The notes below the pieces were generated by a model. The model worked only from the letters and a program-made list of their open reading frames with translations, was not told the DNA's origin and did no database searches. Shown here one piece after another: positions 41,538 through 51,947 of a stretch of DNA of 64,000 nucleotides. Origin of the DNA: a virus. Position 1 is the first letter of the stretch; every line of letters begins with the position of its first letter. The stretch spans positions 64,413 to 128,412 of the IMG/VR virus record IMGVR_UViG_3300027659_000011; one strand, written 5' to 3'. Both the position numbers and the translations under genes were made by a program.

Positions 41538-43767
41538 AGCTGTAATCCTGACCTATTTCTTGATCTACTCCAATAGGGTGTCCTTTAATTGAGCATCCGC
41601 GATCTTTTTGAGTATTTCTTTTTAAGATTTCGCAATATTCTTCTACACATTCGTCTTTAACTAAAGCTACTATTGAGTCATGAACCAACATAAATATTTG
41701 TGCATCTATATTTTTAGATTTAATTTCACTGATAGTATCCATAGCCCCAAATAGATTCATGTCTGAGGCTAGGGATTGTATTTCTGCGTTAATACCACTT
41801 CTAACTTCGTGCGCCGCAATTCCTTTATCAGAGGAAAACACATTGATAAGACGACGCTTCCTACCAAAGAAACTATAAGTATAACCATTAGCTTCAATAA
41901 ATTCTTTGCGCGACTTAAGCCAACCTTTGAGTTTGTTAAACTTATCAAAGTAGGACTTAATATCTTGTTTTGCTCTATCGATACCATAATATTCTCCAGT
42001 TGATTTAGATACTGTATCTGATACTTTCTGTGGTCCAGAACCATACAGAATACCAAAAGAAATTGCTTTAGCAGATTGACGCATAGAACCAAACTTATTC
42101 TTAACATCATCAACTTCACAAGTTAGATCAAACACCATTTTAGCAATAGTTGAGTGAAAGTCGCCACCGCTAGTAAAAACTTGTTGCAGATTTTTATCAT
42201 TACTTAATACTGCTGCGTAATACATTTCAGCAGTAGTCAAATCTTGAGATACTATTTTATATCCTTTAGGTGCTTTAATACACCCTTTAATGATTGGATT
42301 ATCTCTAGGTATTTGCTGAGCATTAAACTTGCCACTACTAGACAAACGCCCGCTAGTGGTAAAAATAAGATTAAAGTTTGTACGAATTCGTTCATCTTTA
42401 TCAAGTTCCGGTAAAATTTTACTAATGTAAGTATTCTTAATCTTTCCAAGCTGACGTACTTTTAAAATAGCAGCAGGAAGGGGATGTTTCTCTGATAGCT
42501 CTTCTAATACCTCGGCATCTGTAGATATTGCTCCAGTGCCTGTTTTCTTTCCTGTAGGAGTAAGCTTAACATAGTCAAACAATACTTTACGTAACTGTTG
42601 TACTGAGTTTGGGTTAAATATAATCCCAGCATCTGCTTCGAATTGTTTAACGTGTTCAAAACCATAAACAGCTTGTTTAGCCTCAGCAATTTGTGTATCT
42701 AAAAAGCCTTCAGCCGCTGTCATTCTTTCTCTATCAATAGGGATTCCTACTTCTTCCATATCCATAAGGAATAAGGTGCCAGGAATTAAAATTGTTTTAT
42801 ACACTGATAGAATTTTAAGATTATTTTGAAGATTAGGCCAGAACTTATTAAATAGAGTAATTGTTACTGCTGTATCAATAGCAGCATACTTTGATATTAC
42901 ATCAAACGGAATAAGATCATAGGTAAAATCTTCAAGTAGCATACTTTTACTTGAACAGTATGTCTTTTTAAAGTCATCTAGTTCAGAGTCATAGTCACCA
43001 TACTCTGTATACTTTAGAGCTAGTTGTTTTAATCCGTGACTATCATTTTCATCTAGAGCATAGTGCATTAACATTGTGTCATGTACCCTATCTCTATTAA
43101 ATTTAAGACCAATATGATATTCGATCATTTTAATGTCAAATTTCATATTGTGAAAAACTATATCGTACTTTTTAACGATCTCTTCTAAGAGATCAGTACA
43201 TACACTATCAAGACAATCAGTAGATATGTAAGCACCGTGTTTATCCTTATAACTAATGGATAGACCTAGCACATATCCGTCTCTTGGGTATAGAGCAGTA
43301 GTTTCTGTATCCATTGCTACATAGCCTTGAGCATTTTCTAAAACTTCTGTTAGAAATTTTACTGCTTGCTTTGTATCAACGATACCTAAGTAATCACCTG
43401 TAATACTGGCGTTACTAATACTACCCTCAACATACTTATGAATACGGTCAACTGATCTCTGGAAGTCTGGTTTTCCTTCTGGCTTAAAGTGTAGCATTGC
43501 TGGATTTGTAATGCATACAAATTTGTCATGCATTAACTGTCCTGCATAATTAGTTACTGAACTAATCTTTGCATATTCTTTTGCGGCTTCAGAGCCTACT
43601 AGAACTACCATGTCATACTCATCTAAACTAACTTCTAAGTCTACATCTTTTTTAAGTAACTTAGTAATTGGTACTGAACTCATATGATAGAGATCAAAAT
43701 CAAAATTAAAATAATTACTATAATTATTTTTACTTGGTGCTTTGTCTATAATTGCAATTTTTTTCAT
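41482..43767 (-). CDS. polA: family A DNA polymerase with 3'-5' exonuclease
   Basis: DTET, HN.KFD, YAA.D, SGRLSS, DL..AE, R..AKAI.FGILYG, VHDS. Confidence 0.95.
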   Translation of the reverse strand: MKKIAIIDKAPSKNNYSNYFNFDFDLYHMSSVPITKLLKKDVDLEVSLDEYDMVVLVGSEAAKEYAKISSVTNYAGQLMHDKFVCITNPAMLHFKPEGKPDFQRSVDRIHKYVEGSISNASITGDYLGIVDTKQAVKFLTEVLENAQGYVAMDTETTALYPRDGYVLGLSISYKDKHGAYISTDCLDSVCTDLLEEIVKKYDIVFHNMKFDIKMIEYHIGLKFNRDRVHDTMLMHYALDENDSHGLKQLALKYTEYGDYDSELDDFKKTYCSSKSMLLEDFTYDLIPFDVISKYAAIDTAVTITLFNKFWPNLQNNLKILSVYKTILIPGTLFLMDMEEVGIPIDRERMTAAEGFLDTQIAEAKQAVYGFEHVKQFEADAGIIFNPNSVQQLRKVLFDYVKLTPTGKKTGTGAISTDAEVLEELSEKHPLPAAILKVRQLGKIKNTYISKILPELDKDERIRTNFNLIFTTSGRLSSSGKFNAQQIPRDNPIIKGCIKAPKGYKIVSQDLTTAEMYYAAVLSNDKNLQQVFTSGGDFHSTIAKMVFDLTCEVDDVKNKFGSMRQSAKAISFGILYGSGPQKVSDTVSKSTGEYYGIDRAKQDIKSYFDKFNKLKGWLKSRKEFIEANGYTYSFFGRKRRLINVFSSDKGIAAHEVRSGINAEIQSLASDMNLFGAMDTISEIKSKNIDAQIFMLVHDSIVALVKDECVEEYCEILKRNTQKDRGCSIKGHPIGVDQEIGQDYSFGKFDKQYLIEGTSLSNI

Positions 43768-44618
43768 ATTTTTGTATATTCTATTAAAGAGTTTACATCC
43801 TCTTGCGTGATTACACCAGGATCTTGTCCCTCTGGTAAATCAATAATTTCGGTTAAGAATCCGGCCTCTTCGATTAAAGGTTTAATCTTTTTAGCGGCTT
43901 CTCTACCTGCTTCGTCTCCGTCATAAAGAATGAATACTTTTTCAATACCCATAACTTTATAACTCAACATTTTTTCTTTAGTTTCGTTTAGTAATTTGCT
44001 TGTACCAAAAGTACATACAGTATTTTTTAAACCTTTGTCATAACAATTAAGCATATCAAATATGCCTTCTACTAGAACAATGGTTTTGTGCTTTTCTTGA
44101 AATTTTGCTGGGAATAATGGAATAGAAGCGCCGCTAGGATAGTTCACATATCTAGGGTTTCCATTTGACATACTATGTCTTCCAACATAGCACATTGTTT
44201 TTCCTCTAACGTCAGTTATTGGGAAAACAATTCTATCAATCATTTTTTCTACTTGATCGGTTTCAAACGCTTTAAAGTGTTTTAATGTCTGTGTAGATAT
44301 ATTTCTAAATGAACGATTAATTGGTTTAGCTCCGTCTAAGGGCTCTAAACCATTTGTTGATTCTTTTAAAGTATTAAGTTTCTCTTTTAGTTTGGCTACT
44401 CTAACTGAAACATTATTAGTTAATAAACCATAATATTTAAATATATTTGTTTTAAAGCCACAAGAGAAACAGTGCGCTATTCCTGTACCTCTATCAATTC
44501 TAAAACTAGGGTTAGAGTCGTTGTGGTCAGGATTAAAACATTTAGTAACATAGTCTCTACCAGACACAGAAAAAGCAACACCTTTATCTTTAAGTAATTC
44601 TAGTACTGGGTCGCTCAT
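43764..44618 (-). CDS. DNA primase (Zn finger + TOPRIM)
   Basis: C..PDH...HCFSC, VEGIFD, YDGDEAG, DPG. Confidence 0.9.
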   Translation of the reverse strand: MSDPVLELLKDKGVAFSVSGRDYVTKCFNPDHNDSNPSFRIDRGTGIAHCFSCGFKTNIFKYYGLLTNNVSVRVAKLKEKLNTLKESTNGLEPLDGAKPINRSFRNISTQTLKHFKAFETDQVEKMIDRIVFPITDVRGKTMCYVGRHSMSNGNPRYVNYPSGASIPLFPAKFQEKHKTIVLVEGIFDMLNCYDKGLKNTVCTFGTSKLLNETKEKMLSYKVMGIEKVFILYDGDEAGREAAKKIKPLIEEAGFLTEIIDLPEGQDPGVITQEDVNSLIEYTKI

Positions 44619-45997
44619 TATGTATCCCAAGGTAGATCAGCAGCAGGTTCTTCTACCTTACCTGCTCGCTTAATCTTTTTAGGTTTATCTTCTGGTTGGG
44701 TTGGTTTTTCAATAGATATAGGACTAATTCGTAAACTTTCCCAATCCATACCGCTAGTAAATTTCATTTCTTTAGCGCCACGAATTTTTGTGGTTTCAAA
44801 ACTCATTGCGGCATCTTCCTTGGTATTAGCTTCCATAAGCAAGGCAATATCTGCTGCATCTAGAATACCTTTAGCAAATCGAGTTTCACCACTATTATCA
44901 ATTTGATATGGGCTAACCATTACGATGTCATATTTACGTGCCATCTCTTTTAGTTTCTTAGAGATAATAATTTGTGGTTGCCAATCGAATTGACTAGCTC
45001 CCTCTACTACAATTTGATTTAAGTAATCAATGACGGCAACCGCAAACTTATCTCCAAAACGGGATTTCATTTTTCCAAGGTGTAAATCTATCGAACTTAG
45101 GGTCAATGCCCTATCATCAATAATTACCATTTGATTATGTTCTTTAAGACTACATTCTCTTACTAAGGTTTCTTCAAACTTATATTGATCTTTATCTTTA
45201 AGAAAATCCATTACTAATTTGTCAGAGTCTTCGTACATATTTGCACGAGCTTTTACTACTTTTAATAGTTCAATATCAGTTAAAGTATTGTTCTTAAGAT
45301 TTTGGTGATTAACATTAGCTAAGATACTCATGTTGCGTTGTAGTGTCTCGTGAGCTTCCATCTCAATAGTAAAATAGATGCAAGCATTACCCGCTTCATA
45401 TTGGTTAATCATAATATTACTACAAGTAATAGACTTACCAGAGCCACGCTTACCACCAATTAATATTAGTTCTTGTCTAGCTACACCACCTAGTACAGAA
45501 TCAAAAGTATTATTCAATCCTAAGTGTACACGATTTTTAGCTAGTTCATCAGGGCGAACAAATACCATGATATCGTTCATGGTATACACACCCTCTGTTG
45601 TTAGAGTTTTTTCATCTAAGGTTAGTACTATACTCGCTAAATTATCTTTTATTTCTGTACTATCGTATACTGGTAATTTATCAATAAATTTATCCAATAA
45701 AGCAATAGCTTGATTTTGGGTATACTGATCTATAAGGGCATCTAATGCCACTTCAGCAGTAATTTCAGTCTCATCAATAAGACGAAGAGTTGCTAGCGTT
45801 TTTTGTGCCAACCCCTCTCTAGCAATAGCGTCTAGATCATCGAACGATGGTATAGTACTATACTTGTCATAGTATCTAGTAATTAAACTATATACCGAGG
45901 AGTAGGCAGGGTCAAGAAACGCGAGCTTTAATTTGCTCCAAACATCTAAATTCTTTTCTGTTAGTAGTTTATTAATGACAACTGCGCTAATATCCAT
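44618..45997 (-). CDS. DnaB-like replicative helicase (T5 D6-like)
   Basis: G.RGSGKS, FTIEM, IDYLN, PYQ, LDAAD. Confidence 0.88.
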   Translation of the reverse strand: MDISAVVINKLLTEKNLDVWSKLKLAFLDPAYSSVYSLITRYYDKYSTIPSFDDLDAIAREGLAQKTLATLRLIDETEITAEVALDALIDQYTQNQAIALLDKFIDKLPVYDSTEIKDNLASIVLTLDEKTLTTEGVYTMNDIMVFVRPDELAKNRVHLGLNNTFDSVLGGVARQELILIGGKRGSGKSITCSNIMINQYEAGNACIYFTIEMEAHETLQRNMSILANVNHQNLKNNTLTDIELLKVVKARANMYEDSDKLVMDFLKDKDQYKFEETLVRECSLKEHNQMVIIDDRALTLSSIDLHLGKMKSRFGDKFAVAVIDYLNQIVVEGASQFDWQPQIIISKKLKEMARKYDIVMVSPYQIDNSGETRFAKGILDAADIALLMEANTKEDAAMSFETTKIRGAKEMKFTSGMDWESLRISPISIEKPTQPEDKPKKIKRAGKVEEPAADLPWDT

Positions 45998-46297
45998 TTA
46001 CTCTACCTTACTTTCGTTGTCAATAATTACTTGGTCTAAAATTTCTTGTAATTTATATAGAGTTTCATTGCGTAATTTTTGAATACTTGCCTGGTAACCA
46101 AACTTATCGTCAAAGAGAAGTCCCAGTTGTTGGTGTGTTATGATTTGTTGTAGTCCAAAGTATATTAAATCATGAGGCTTATTAGACTCAGGTGTAATAT
46201 CCACTTTAATAGACTTACCATAGTTATGTTCAGCTTGCTTAACTACTTCTTCTGCAGTGAAGGAATCTGTATCGTGGTATGTAATTGTGATTTTCAT
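45998..46297 (-). CDS. hypothetical protein
   Basis: Start at MKITITY; the longer track start runs into the terminator. Confidence 0.55.
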   Translation of the reverse strand: MKITITYHDTDSFTAEEVVKQAEHNYGKSIKVDITPESNKPHDLIYFGLQQIITHQQLGLLFDDKFGYQASIQKLRNETLYKLQEILDQVIIDNESKVE

Positions 46298-46306
46298 AGT
46301 ACAAAT

Positions 46307-46343
46307 AAAAAAGGCCAAGAGCTAAAAATAACTCCTGGCCTTT
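46307..46343 (-). terminator. intrinsic terminator after D5
   Basis: A-run ggcca...tggcc. Confidence 0.65.
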
Positions 46344-46364
46344 AAGTAACTTTAAGTGTTACAA

Positions 46365-47108
46365 TTAAGCTGCTTTAGCTTCGGCTTTGGCTTTCTTAGC
46401 TGCACCATCATAATCCTTAACGGAAATACCACGGCGAGTAAGAAGGGTCTTAAGACCACGTTCTGTCTTATCAACAGCTTTAGCAATTTCAGCAACTGTC
46501 ATGCTAACGATATCGTTGCCCAATGCTTGCACTGGATCAATAACGTTTTTAGCATGGCTATCTTTTTGTGCAGGGATACGATCAATTTGACCCTTACGTG
46601 TCAAGCTGAGAGCTTTACCACGCACTGAAGGGATGCTCTTACCTAAGGCAACAGCAATTTCTTCAATATATTTACCTGCTTGAGCCATTTTGATAAATGT
46701 GGCTTCTTCTTGCTCTGTATATGTACGAGCAGCTTCAACTTTTTCAGCTGGCTTAACATTGCCAGTCAATTCTAAAGCAAGTAATTTGCCTTGAATTTGC
46801 TTAGCAGTGAAAGTACCTTGCGCGAAGCGTTCAGCGATTTCTTTATAAGTCATTGCACCAGAATTGCTTGTTACCAAGTTAGACAGTGCAGCGCCCTGCT
46901 CAGGTGTAAAGGCAGAAACCTTTTCCTTAGCCATAGAAGCAACTTCACGGTCTAGTTGACGCAATTTGGCTCCTACTGAACGTACAGTTACGTTCAAGGC
47001 TTCAGCTGCTTGCTCAACCCGCTCGACACTTACTGGACTCTGATTGCCTACGATGGACAAAAGTTGAGCAACAGCTTGGTCAGACCATTTTTTAGCTTTT
47101 TCAGTCAT
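46365..47108 (-). CDS. DNA-binding protein (T5 D5-like)
   Basis: Tandem HTH-like repeats, IQGKLL.LELT, KT.RG.KT.LTRRG...DYDG. Confidence 0.8.
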   Translation of the reverse strand: MTEKAKKWSDQAVAQLLSIVGNQSPVSVERVEQAAEALNVTVRSVGAKLRQLDREVASMAKEKVSAFTPEQGAALSNLVTSNSGAMTYKEIAERFAQGTFTAKQIQGKLLALELTGNVKPAEKVEAARTYTEQEEATFIKMAQAGKYIEEIAVALGKSIPSVRGKALSLTRKGQIDRIPAQKDSHAKNVIDPVQALGNDIVSMTVAEIAKAVDKTERGLKTLLTRRGISVKDYDGAAKKAKAEAKAA

Positions 47109-47123
47109 TTATTTTTCTCTTTT

Positions 47124-47879
47124 TTAAATTTTCGATACAAAATCTTTTAGATTTGTTACTATTGTTACGCCATATTCTTCTGCTTTTTTGCGTTTGGTAC
47201 TTCCTTTATCTTCTTCATCTATTAAGTATTTTAACGTCTTTGTTACAGACTCTACTACTATCAAACCTGCGGCCTCTAATATCTTAGTTGCTTCGGCTTT
47301 TGTTTTAAATGAAGTCAATTTACCAGTAATACAGACAGTGGGGCCATCAGTCTTACTAGATTTAACATTGTCGGACTTGAGAGAGAATGGCAAGAACTCT
47401 TTCATTTCTGGATATTCCAGATTAATCCAATTCAGTAAGTTAGAAGTAACTTTTTCACCAAGACCTGCTTGTTTACAAGTTTCTTGAGTAATTTCTTCTA
47501 TAGAACTAACTACACCAGCAATTTTTTTAGAAGCTGTTCCACCCACTAATGGGATAGAAAAAGCGGCTAAAACGGTGGCTAGATCAGCACCTTTAGCTCT
47601 CTCGATTTCATCTAAGAGCTTATCCACTACTTTTTCACTACCTAAAGACTCTATTGCAGAATCCCTATCTAAGTAAAAAAGTTCAGTTATATCAGCTAGA
47701 CCTAGTTTTTCTATAGTCTTTGGTCCAAAACCTTTGATACCAAGAGTTTTAGTAAAATGCTCTAGCTTTTTACCTAATTGAGCCTCGCACGATAGATTTC
47801 TACAAAACAGTTGTTCATTTACCATTTCCAGTTTATAGGAACAGCAAGGACAAGTTGTAGGAATTTCAATCTTTTGCAT
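47124..47879 (-). CDS. NAD-dependent DNA ligase, C-terminal subunit (Zn finger, HhH, BRCT)
   Basis: CPCC...C.N..C, IKG.G, CITGKL...K.EA, SVTK. Confidence 0.88.
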   Translation of the reverse strand: MQKIEIPTTCPCCSYKLEMVNEQLFCRNLSCEAQLGKKLEHFTKTLGIKGFGPKTIEKLGLADITELFYLDRDSAIESLGSEKVVDKLLDEIERAKGADLATVLAAFSIPLVGGTASKKIAGVVSSIEEITQETCKQAGLGEKVTSNLLNWINLEYPEMKEFLPFSLKSDNVKSSKTDGPTVCITGKLTSFKTKAEATKILEAAGLIVVESVTKTLKYLIDEEDKGSTKRKKAEEYGVTIVTNLKDFVSKI

Positions 47880-47901
47880 AGTTTTTTCAATTTAAGTAGT
47901 A

Positions 47902-47930
47902 ATTATACAGGAAATGGAATGCTTTGACAA
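47902..47930 (-). promoter_or_regulatory. sigma70 promoter between the ligase halves
   Basis: TTGTCA-17-TATAAT. Confidence 0.75.
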
Positions 47931-47977
47931 GTCTATTTTTTGTATGCCTAGACCATAGCTCGAATAATTGAATTTTA

Positions 47978-48931
47978 TTATGCTGCTACCTTGTGAGTAA
48001 TACAGGGAATAATTTCTCCACCTAGTACTACACCGACACGATCGCCTATACAAATATCCAACATCTCTATGAACCCAGGGTTATTTAATGTTGCTTTACT
48101 CACTAACTTGTCACCAATATAAATTGGATCTAAATGAGCTACTGGAGTAACTTTACCAGACTTACCCACACTCCATTCAACAGATAGGATTGTAGTCTCT
48201 ACAGCCTCTTGACGCTCTTTTCTAGCGTAAGCACCTCGTGGATGTTTGGCTGTGTATCCAAAGTTTTCAAATTCTTCGTTATTGTTTGCTCTAAATACTA
48301 ACCCATCACAGGGGTAAATATTATGCAAATCTTTTTCTAGAACTGTTTGAAACCCTTGGACTTTCAATAGTATCATATCTTTTACAAATTCACTAGCTTG
48401 ATATGGGTATACTCCATATGCATAGAATGAAATTGCACGGGTTTTAAATTCATTAAAGTCTTTAAGATTCAATGAACCAGCAGCATAATTACGACTATTA
48501 GGAATCTCTTTTATTGCTACAATTTCTCCAGTAACCTGAAACATACCTAATCTTTGGACTGTTAAAGGAACTAAGTCTTTTCTAGAAATTAGTTTTTCTG
48601 TAATGTCGGTGCCTTCAATACCATCACCACGAGTTAGTGCTTGTACTAACTCGCCATTGATATAAAGAAGACTTACTGCTGCACCATCAAGTTTAGGTGT
48701 TGTACTAATGTTTGTAACACCTTTTAAAGGGGCTTCACCCTCATCAGCATAATACTTTTGCAAACTATACATAGGGTATAAATGTTTAGCAATATTATCA
48801 TGCTGTTTAGCACCTAACTTAGAATATCCTGAACTTTCTGCTAGACGATCAAAAGCCTCATCAGAGATGATGGGGCTTCCAGAATAATAGGAAATTGAGG
48901 CTTCGTCAAGGTAGGCTTTTAATTTATTCAT
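47978..48931 (-). CDS. NAD-dependent DNA ligase, adenylation + OB subunit
   Basis: YY...ISD..FD, KLDG, TRGDG..G.DIT, RN.AAGSL, DGLV, G.SG.VTPV, GEIIP. Confidence 0.9.
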   Translation of the reverse strand: MNKLKAYLDEASISYYSGSPIISDEAFDRLAESSGYSKLGAKQHDNIAKHLYPMYSLQKYYADEGEAPLKGVTNISTTPKLDGAAVSLLYINGELVQALTRGDGIEGTDITEKLISRKDLVPLTVQRLGMFQVTGEIVAIKEIPNSRNYAAGSLNLKDFNEFKTRAISFYAYGVYPYQASEFVKDMILLKVQGFQTVLEKDLHNIYPCDGLVFRANNNEEFENFGYTAKHPRGAYARKERQEAVETTILSVEWSVGKSGKVTPVAHLDPIYIGDKLVSKATLNNPGFIEMLDICIGDRVGVVLGGEIIPCITHKVAA

Positions 48932-48938
48932 AATCTAT

Positions 48939-48967
48939 ATTATACAATATTTAATAATAAAGTTCAA
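48939..48967 (-). promoter_or_regulatory. sigma70 promoter
   Basis: TTGAAC-17-TATAAT. Confidence 0.7.
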
Positions 48968-48976
48968 GTCAGAATT

Positions 48977-49627
48977 TTATTCGTTCACTAGTTCTTTTAC
49001 AAAGTCTGCCAATAATTCTTTGTGAGTCCATTTATAATAATCATGTTTATAATTATCTTCAACATCATCGTACCATGAAGGCTGTGCTTCAGGATGACAC
49101 CCAATAACGCCTATGTTACCTTGGATAACCGCCATAGCACTACCATTTGCGTATCTAGCAACTACTCCATCCATATTGTCTCCCACGATAGCACAGCCAT
49201 CATAGAAGTACATTGTTTCAGGACTACCATCCCATATTACATTTGCAACAGTAGGTCCTTCATAGTCAATATCTGCAACAGGTTGTGTAATATACTGTGT
49301 TACCTCTAGATCAACTACTACATCAAAGTAGTCAGGTCCTGCCCAATATGCTCCCATGCAAATACCTAAATACTTGCCGTTAAATACACCTATGAAAGTA
49401 TGTATGGCATCAATGTGAGTTTCAGTAAAAATATCAAAGAAATCATCTGCATCGCCAATACCACCAGGAAATGCAACTGCATCTACTGTTCGTAAGAATT
49501 CAATATTAAGTTCAGCAATACCAAAAGTACGGATGTTGAAGTCATTAACTAATCCTTCAATCATACCCAAAGCACATTCAGTTTCACATTGTGGGTTGTG
49601 TATAAATACTGCAACTGTCTTTTTCAT
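48977..49627 (-). CDS. class I glutamine amidotransferase-like (BPL_N-type) protein
   Basis: FPGG, YLGICMGAY, HPE catalytic-type triad. Confidence 0.75.
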   Translation of the reverse strand: MKKTVAVFIHNPQCETECALGMIEGLVNDFNIRTFGIAELNIEFLRTVDAVAFPGGIGDADDFFDIFTETHIDAIHTFIGVFNGKYLGICMGAYWAGPDYFDVVVDLEVTQYITQPVADIDYEGPTVANVIWDGSPETMYFYDGCAIVGDNMDGVVARYANGSAMAVIQGNIGVIGCHPEAQPSWYDDVEDNYKHDYYKWTHKELLADFVKELVNE

Positions 49628-49650
49628 GGCTTTTCCTTAATTTATAATAT

Positions 49651-49679
49651 ATTATAACAAATTAAAGAGTCTAGGGCAA
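49651..49679 (-). promoter_or_regulatory. sigma70 promoter
   Basis: TTGCCC-17-TATAAT. Confidence 0.6.
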
Positions 49680-49976
49680 GCTAGAGTTTTTAGTAGCTAA
49701 CTTAGCACTAAAAAACTCAAGTATAGTGGCATCTGACTCCTCAAAAGAACATATTTCCATTAGTCCTTCTAGTAAGGATAAGATATTATGAATGGAAGCC
49801 TCCATACTTACACCTTCTCTACTAGGTATATATTCACCTTCATACGATAAGAAATATTTACGTAGGTGTATATACTGAAGCCCCCTAAATTCATTAACAA
49901 CTAACTTTAGCTGATAACCTTTTGGCTCGTTCTCGTATATTAGTTTTTCATAGAATTCAGGTTCGTGTTCAGTCAT
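49671..49976 (-). CDS. PC4-like ssDNA-binding protein
   Basis: VNEFRG.QYIHLRKY...GEY.P..EGVS. Confidence 0.75.
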   Translation of the reverse strand: MTEHEPEFYEKLIYENEPKGYQLKLVVNEFRGLQYIHLRKYFLSYEGEYIPSREGVSMEASIHNILSLLEGLMEICSFEESDATILEFFSAKLATKNSSLP

Positions 49977-49977
49977 T

Positions 49978-50604
49978 TTAAATCCTTACACCAAGTTCAC
50001 GAAGATGTTGTAATGAAGCCAACTCGTAAGCTTCTTGATTAGCTGACTGTAGCCATTTTTCTGCTAACAACCATACTCTATAAATATAACCATACTTTTG
50101 TGTTTTTTGTTCTGCATCAATACGGGCTAAACTATCATATCGCGCAGAGTAAACTATTTCCCCAACTTGAAATCTTTCACGCATAGCGCCTTCAGGTATA
50201 AGTTCTGGTTTAAAGTATGTGTGACCAGGAATTCTAATTGGTACAGAATTTGATTCTAATATATGTTTAATAAAATTACTAGAACGATAGGTCATCTTGG
50301 AAATTGCGTCAATGGTTTCACCATTGAGATATTCAGATATAATATAAACTATATCTTCTTTACTTGCAGGCTTACCACGTAACGCAGCCCTGCGTTCAGC
50401 ATTACGGGCTTGTGTCTTTTTGAAATCCTCAATAATAGTACCAAGACGTGTAGTATTATACGCCATACCAAGAATTTGGCAAGCGTCTTTTTTAGTAATA
50501 GGTTTGACACCTTCTTCAGTAGGTTCAAGTAGACGGATAACTCGAATAATATTCGATTCTGTCATTAATTCGTCTTCACTAGCTGATTTTTTGCGTGTCG
50601 CCAT
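49978..50604 (-). CDS. conserved T5-like DNA-binding protein
   Basis: ITKK.AC.IL...YNTTRL, HTH-like middle. Confidence 0.6.
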   Translation of the reverse strand: MATRKKSASEDELMTESNIIRVIRLLEPTEEGVKPITKKDACQILGMAYNTTRLGTIIEDFKKTQARNAERRAALRGKPASKEDIVYIISEYLNGETIDAISKMTYRSSNFIKHILESNSVPIRIPGHTYFKPELIPEGAMRERFQVGEIVYSARYDSLARIDAEQKTQKYGYIYRVWLLAEKWLQSANQEAYELASLQHLRELGVRI

Positions 50605-50636
50605 ATAAGTTCTCCGTGTAAACCTTAATTATAAAT

Positions 50637-50660
50637 AAAAAAGGCAGCACTAGGCTGCCT
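50637..50660 (-). terminator. intrinsic terminator
   Basis: A-run ggcagc-actag-gctgcc. Confidence 0.7.
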
Positions 50661-50665
50661 AATTA

Positions 50666-51022
50666 TTAACCAGTAATAACTTTAGTGAAATATGCAGCTG
50701 CTTTACCAGTCAGCTTGCTAAGAATTTCATCGTCAATTTCGCCACCTTTTGCTTCAATAGCTGTGCGGAGTTCAGCAATTTGCGACTCTTTACTAACTCT
50801 TGGAGCACCTGTGGATTTAGATGTACTAGTTTTACTTGTTGAGGTTGATGCCTCTTTCTTCACATAAACACCAGCCTGCACTAGAACCATGCGGACACCA
50901 TTAGCGCTTTGTTCCATGTCTTCAGCAATTTCTTTAATCAACTCTGTAGAGTTTTCAGGAGTAGGGTTACCTGCTTTATATGCTTCGATAACTGATTGTT
51001 TGTCTTCGTCTGTCCATGCCAT
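50666..51022 (-). CDS. T5 D3-like protein
   Basis: MAWTDE, NGVRM.L..AGVYVKK, KLTGKAA.YF. Confidence 0.7.
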   Translation of the reverse strand: MAWTDEDKQSVIEAYKAGNPTPENSTELIKEIAEDMEQSANGVRMVLVQAGVYVKKEASTSTSKTSTSKSTGAPRVSKESQIAELRTAIEAKGGEIDDEILSKLTGKAAAYFTKVITG

Positions 51023-51033
51023 TTTATTTTTCC

Positions 51034-51318
51034 TTAATGAATGTTATTTTTATTTAAACCTGCAAGATTAATATTAGATTGAATTAAACCTTCAGCTAAT
51101 AATTTTTCGTACATTGAGATATAGCAACTAGTTAAATCGTAAAGAGTTTCTGTAGGTAATGTTGAAATTAGTACTTCGTTTTCTTCTAGAGTTTTTTCTG
51201 AACTCATTATTGATTCTTCAATTGCGGTTTGATACTGTACACATAACTGTAAGCTATCATGTAGTAGTTTACTATCCCAAACTCTAAATTTTCTAGGATT
51301 ATTAATTTTTTGTTCCAT
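51034..51318 (-). CDS. hypothetical protein
   Basis: 94 aa ORF. Confidence 0.55.
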   Translation of the reverse strand: MEQKINNPRKFRVWDSKLLHDSLQLCVQYQTAIEESIMSSEKTLEENEVLISTLPTETLYDLTSCYISMYEKLLAEGLIQSNINLAGLNKNNIH

Positions 51319-51353
51319 AATTACTACATAACTGTTTCGACTTTAGTCAATAC

Positions 51354-51626
51354 TTAAACAACTTCAATCTCAACATCAGTCATTTTAGTAGGATCAAACC
51401 TACGATAATTGTTGTTCAAGTCATACTCATCTTTAATAAGAGTTACTTTATTAAGATAATCTGTATAAGCTGCATCCATAGCTACTTCAAACATAGCCAT
51501 TTCTACTGACTCAAGACTACTGATATCAATGCCTTCATACATAGTATTAGGAGATACCATTACTGCCAGTACTCGATTTGATGTTGTTCCGTCTGCTTTT
51601 GTGTATTTAAATGATAGTGTTTTCAT
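51354..51626 (-). CDS. hypothetical protein (WYL/SH3-like)
   Basis: F.YTKADG..S.R...YRRF; start after promoter. Confidence 0.5.
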   Translation of the reverse strand: MKTLSFKYTKADGTTSNRVLAVMVSPNTMYEGIDISSLESVEMAMFEVAMDAAYTDYLNKVTLIKDEYDLNNNYRRFDPTKMTDVEIEVV

Positions 51627-51653
51627 GATTGTTGATTTGCTGTTTAAGTATAT

Positions 51654-51682
51654 ATTATACACAATTTGGCACTACAGTGCAA
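51654..51682 (-). promoter_or_regulatory. sigma70 promoter
   Basis: TTGCAC-17-TATAAT. Confidence 0.7.
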
Positions 51683-51693
51683 CTGCAAATTTT

Positions 51694-51945
51694 TTATTCT
51701 TCAGGGAATAGCCCTTTATGAAGAGAAGTTTTAAATCGTTCTCCCCATGATGGAATTATACAGCTAAAAAATATAAAAGGAGCAAACATAGTACTTATTA
51801 CAATAAATACTGTATAAATTGTTAGTTTTGAATCAACTGTTCCTGCATTTTCAGTTTGTTTTAGTATAACAGGATGAAGTAGTTCTATTGCTGCTGTAAT
51901 TGCTGTTGTTAAACAAAATAGTATATAACAATCTAAAATATCCAT
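51694..51945 (-). CDS. two-TM membrane protein
   Basis: Two hydrophobic segments. Confidence 0.6.
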   Translation of the reverse strand: MDILDCYILFCLTTAITAAIELLHPVILKQTENAGTVDSKLTIYTVFIVISTMFAPFIFFSCIIPSWGERFKTSLHKGLFPEE

Positions 51946-51947
51946 CC

